A DNA stretch of 64,000 bases from Prorocentrum cordatum (Eukaryota), in the NCBI GenBank assembly GCA_963575745.1, contig CAUYUJ010000297.1, positions 1 through 64,000 of the forward strand, in the 5' to 3' direction. The notes beneath the pieces are model-generated. The model had not been told where the DNA came from. It did no database searches and worked only from the letters and a program-made list of their open reading frames with translations. This document shows positions 62,766 through 64,000 of this stretch, piece after piece. Each line of letters begins with the position of its first letter. The stretch's first letter is position 1. Both the position numbers and the translations under genes were made by a program.

Positions 62766-64000
62766 GTCTGGCAGGTTTCCAAAAGGGCTCTGGGGTCCCC
62801 GCCGTGCCGTTGTCCCCGCCGAGCCGTCGCCCCGCTCTCCTCTCGCCTCGCCTCGCCTCTTGGTGCCTACTTGGGGTTACTACTTTCCTTTCGCTCCCCT
62901 GGCGTTGGCCAAAGGCGGGGGTATCGAAGGGTCTCGGTCATCCCGACGAATCGATCCGCAGCATCGATCGTCGAGGAGGAACAGGAGGAGGAGGAGGAGG
63001 AGGAGGAGGAGGAGGAGGAGGAGGAGGAGGAGGAGGAGGAGGAGGAGGAGGAACAGAGCTTCGACTGCGGCGCGTCAGTAACAAAGCGAGATTTTTTTCG
63101 TCGCAGCGCGCAGAGGCAATCCGCACGCGCGCTTTGGTAGCCGGGAGCGCACGGCGTACGAATTATCTGGCTACAAGAGGGGGACTGGCGGGGAAGGGCG
63201 GCCGCGAAGGACAGGAGGGAGAGGAGGGCACCCACCACGGAAAGAATTTCAGGATGAGCGCGCCAGAGCGGCCAGCTGGGGCTGACGTGTCCCAGCGATG
63301 GGCGCGGGACGGCATCACGACCACACCCAGGGACCGAAGCCAGGGTTGCAGGCGCTAGAAACATGATGAGCAAGGTGAACCAGTGCGTCAGGAAGACTGG
63401 CCAGAAGAGGGCCCACGGCGGTAGGAGCGGCAGCATCCGAAGGTTCATCACGATGTCGTGAACGTCGGACTTTGCCGCAGAGGAACGGCGCCAGCTGGAT
63501 GCGGAACACGGCCCACATGTCCGAACGAGGAGCGCGGGAGGGGCTGCGCCAGTGCGCCTGGCCTGCAGCAGCATGCTGCTTTGCGAAACCCAGGATGCTG
63601 AACTGCCGAGGCGGTGCAGCAGGGGTTGGAGTGCTGCTGGGGGCGCCCAGTGGCGGCCCGGGCGGCGGGTGGCGGCGCGGGAGGAAAATGGGAGGGAGGA
63701 GCACCGCCAGGCTTGGCTGGCGCACGCATCATAGCCAAGCGGAGCGGGCGTCGCCCGACCGCAGGGTAAGCCAGGCGGTGGCGAGCCCATCCGCTGGAGC
63801 GGCGGGGCGTGGGCGCCGGGCGGGGGCCTGTCCAACGCGCGGCCCTTTGGGGGGCCGCGCGCAGGGCAGAGCCACCAGGGGGGGGGGCGGAAGAAGGGCG
63901 AGCGCGTCATGAGGGAGGGAGCAGCGGAGAGGGGCAGTTACCACGGGGGGCAGAAGGGGCCAGGCCGGGCACAATACGTGAGCGTGTGGCCTGGGCGGGC

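Overview
Repeat-saturated eukaryotic DNA. It looks dinoflagellate-like (inferred from the GC-rich islands, AG|GC donors, AG|G acceptors and very large imperfect microsatellite fields; not proven). Roughly half the window is simple or cryptically simple repeat, and most ORF-track entries are artefacts of this. Two non-LTR retrotransposons are well supported, both on +: a decayed, 5'-truncated CRE-clade-like element (RT, zinc finger, restriction-like endonuclease; 25821-28523) and an almost intact L1/Tx1-like ORF2 with a poly(A) tail (42945-46041) whose 5' part is lost in an assembly gap. Seven short GC-rich islands between 16.9 and 61.4 kb join through AG|GC donors into one open + strand reading frame, a probable host gene of unknown function with 3.5-13.6 kb introns. 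Also present: a TA-flanked MITE, several dispersed non-coding repeat families, a head-to-tail modular array with conserved junctions (2.6-9.8 kb), a second cassette-like family punctuated by GTATCCCCGCC, and many minisatellites. No rRNA, tRNA, CRISPR array or prokaryotic system is supported. All alignments were made by eye.
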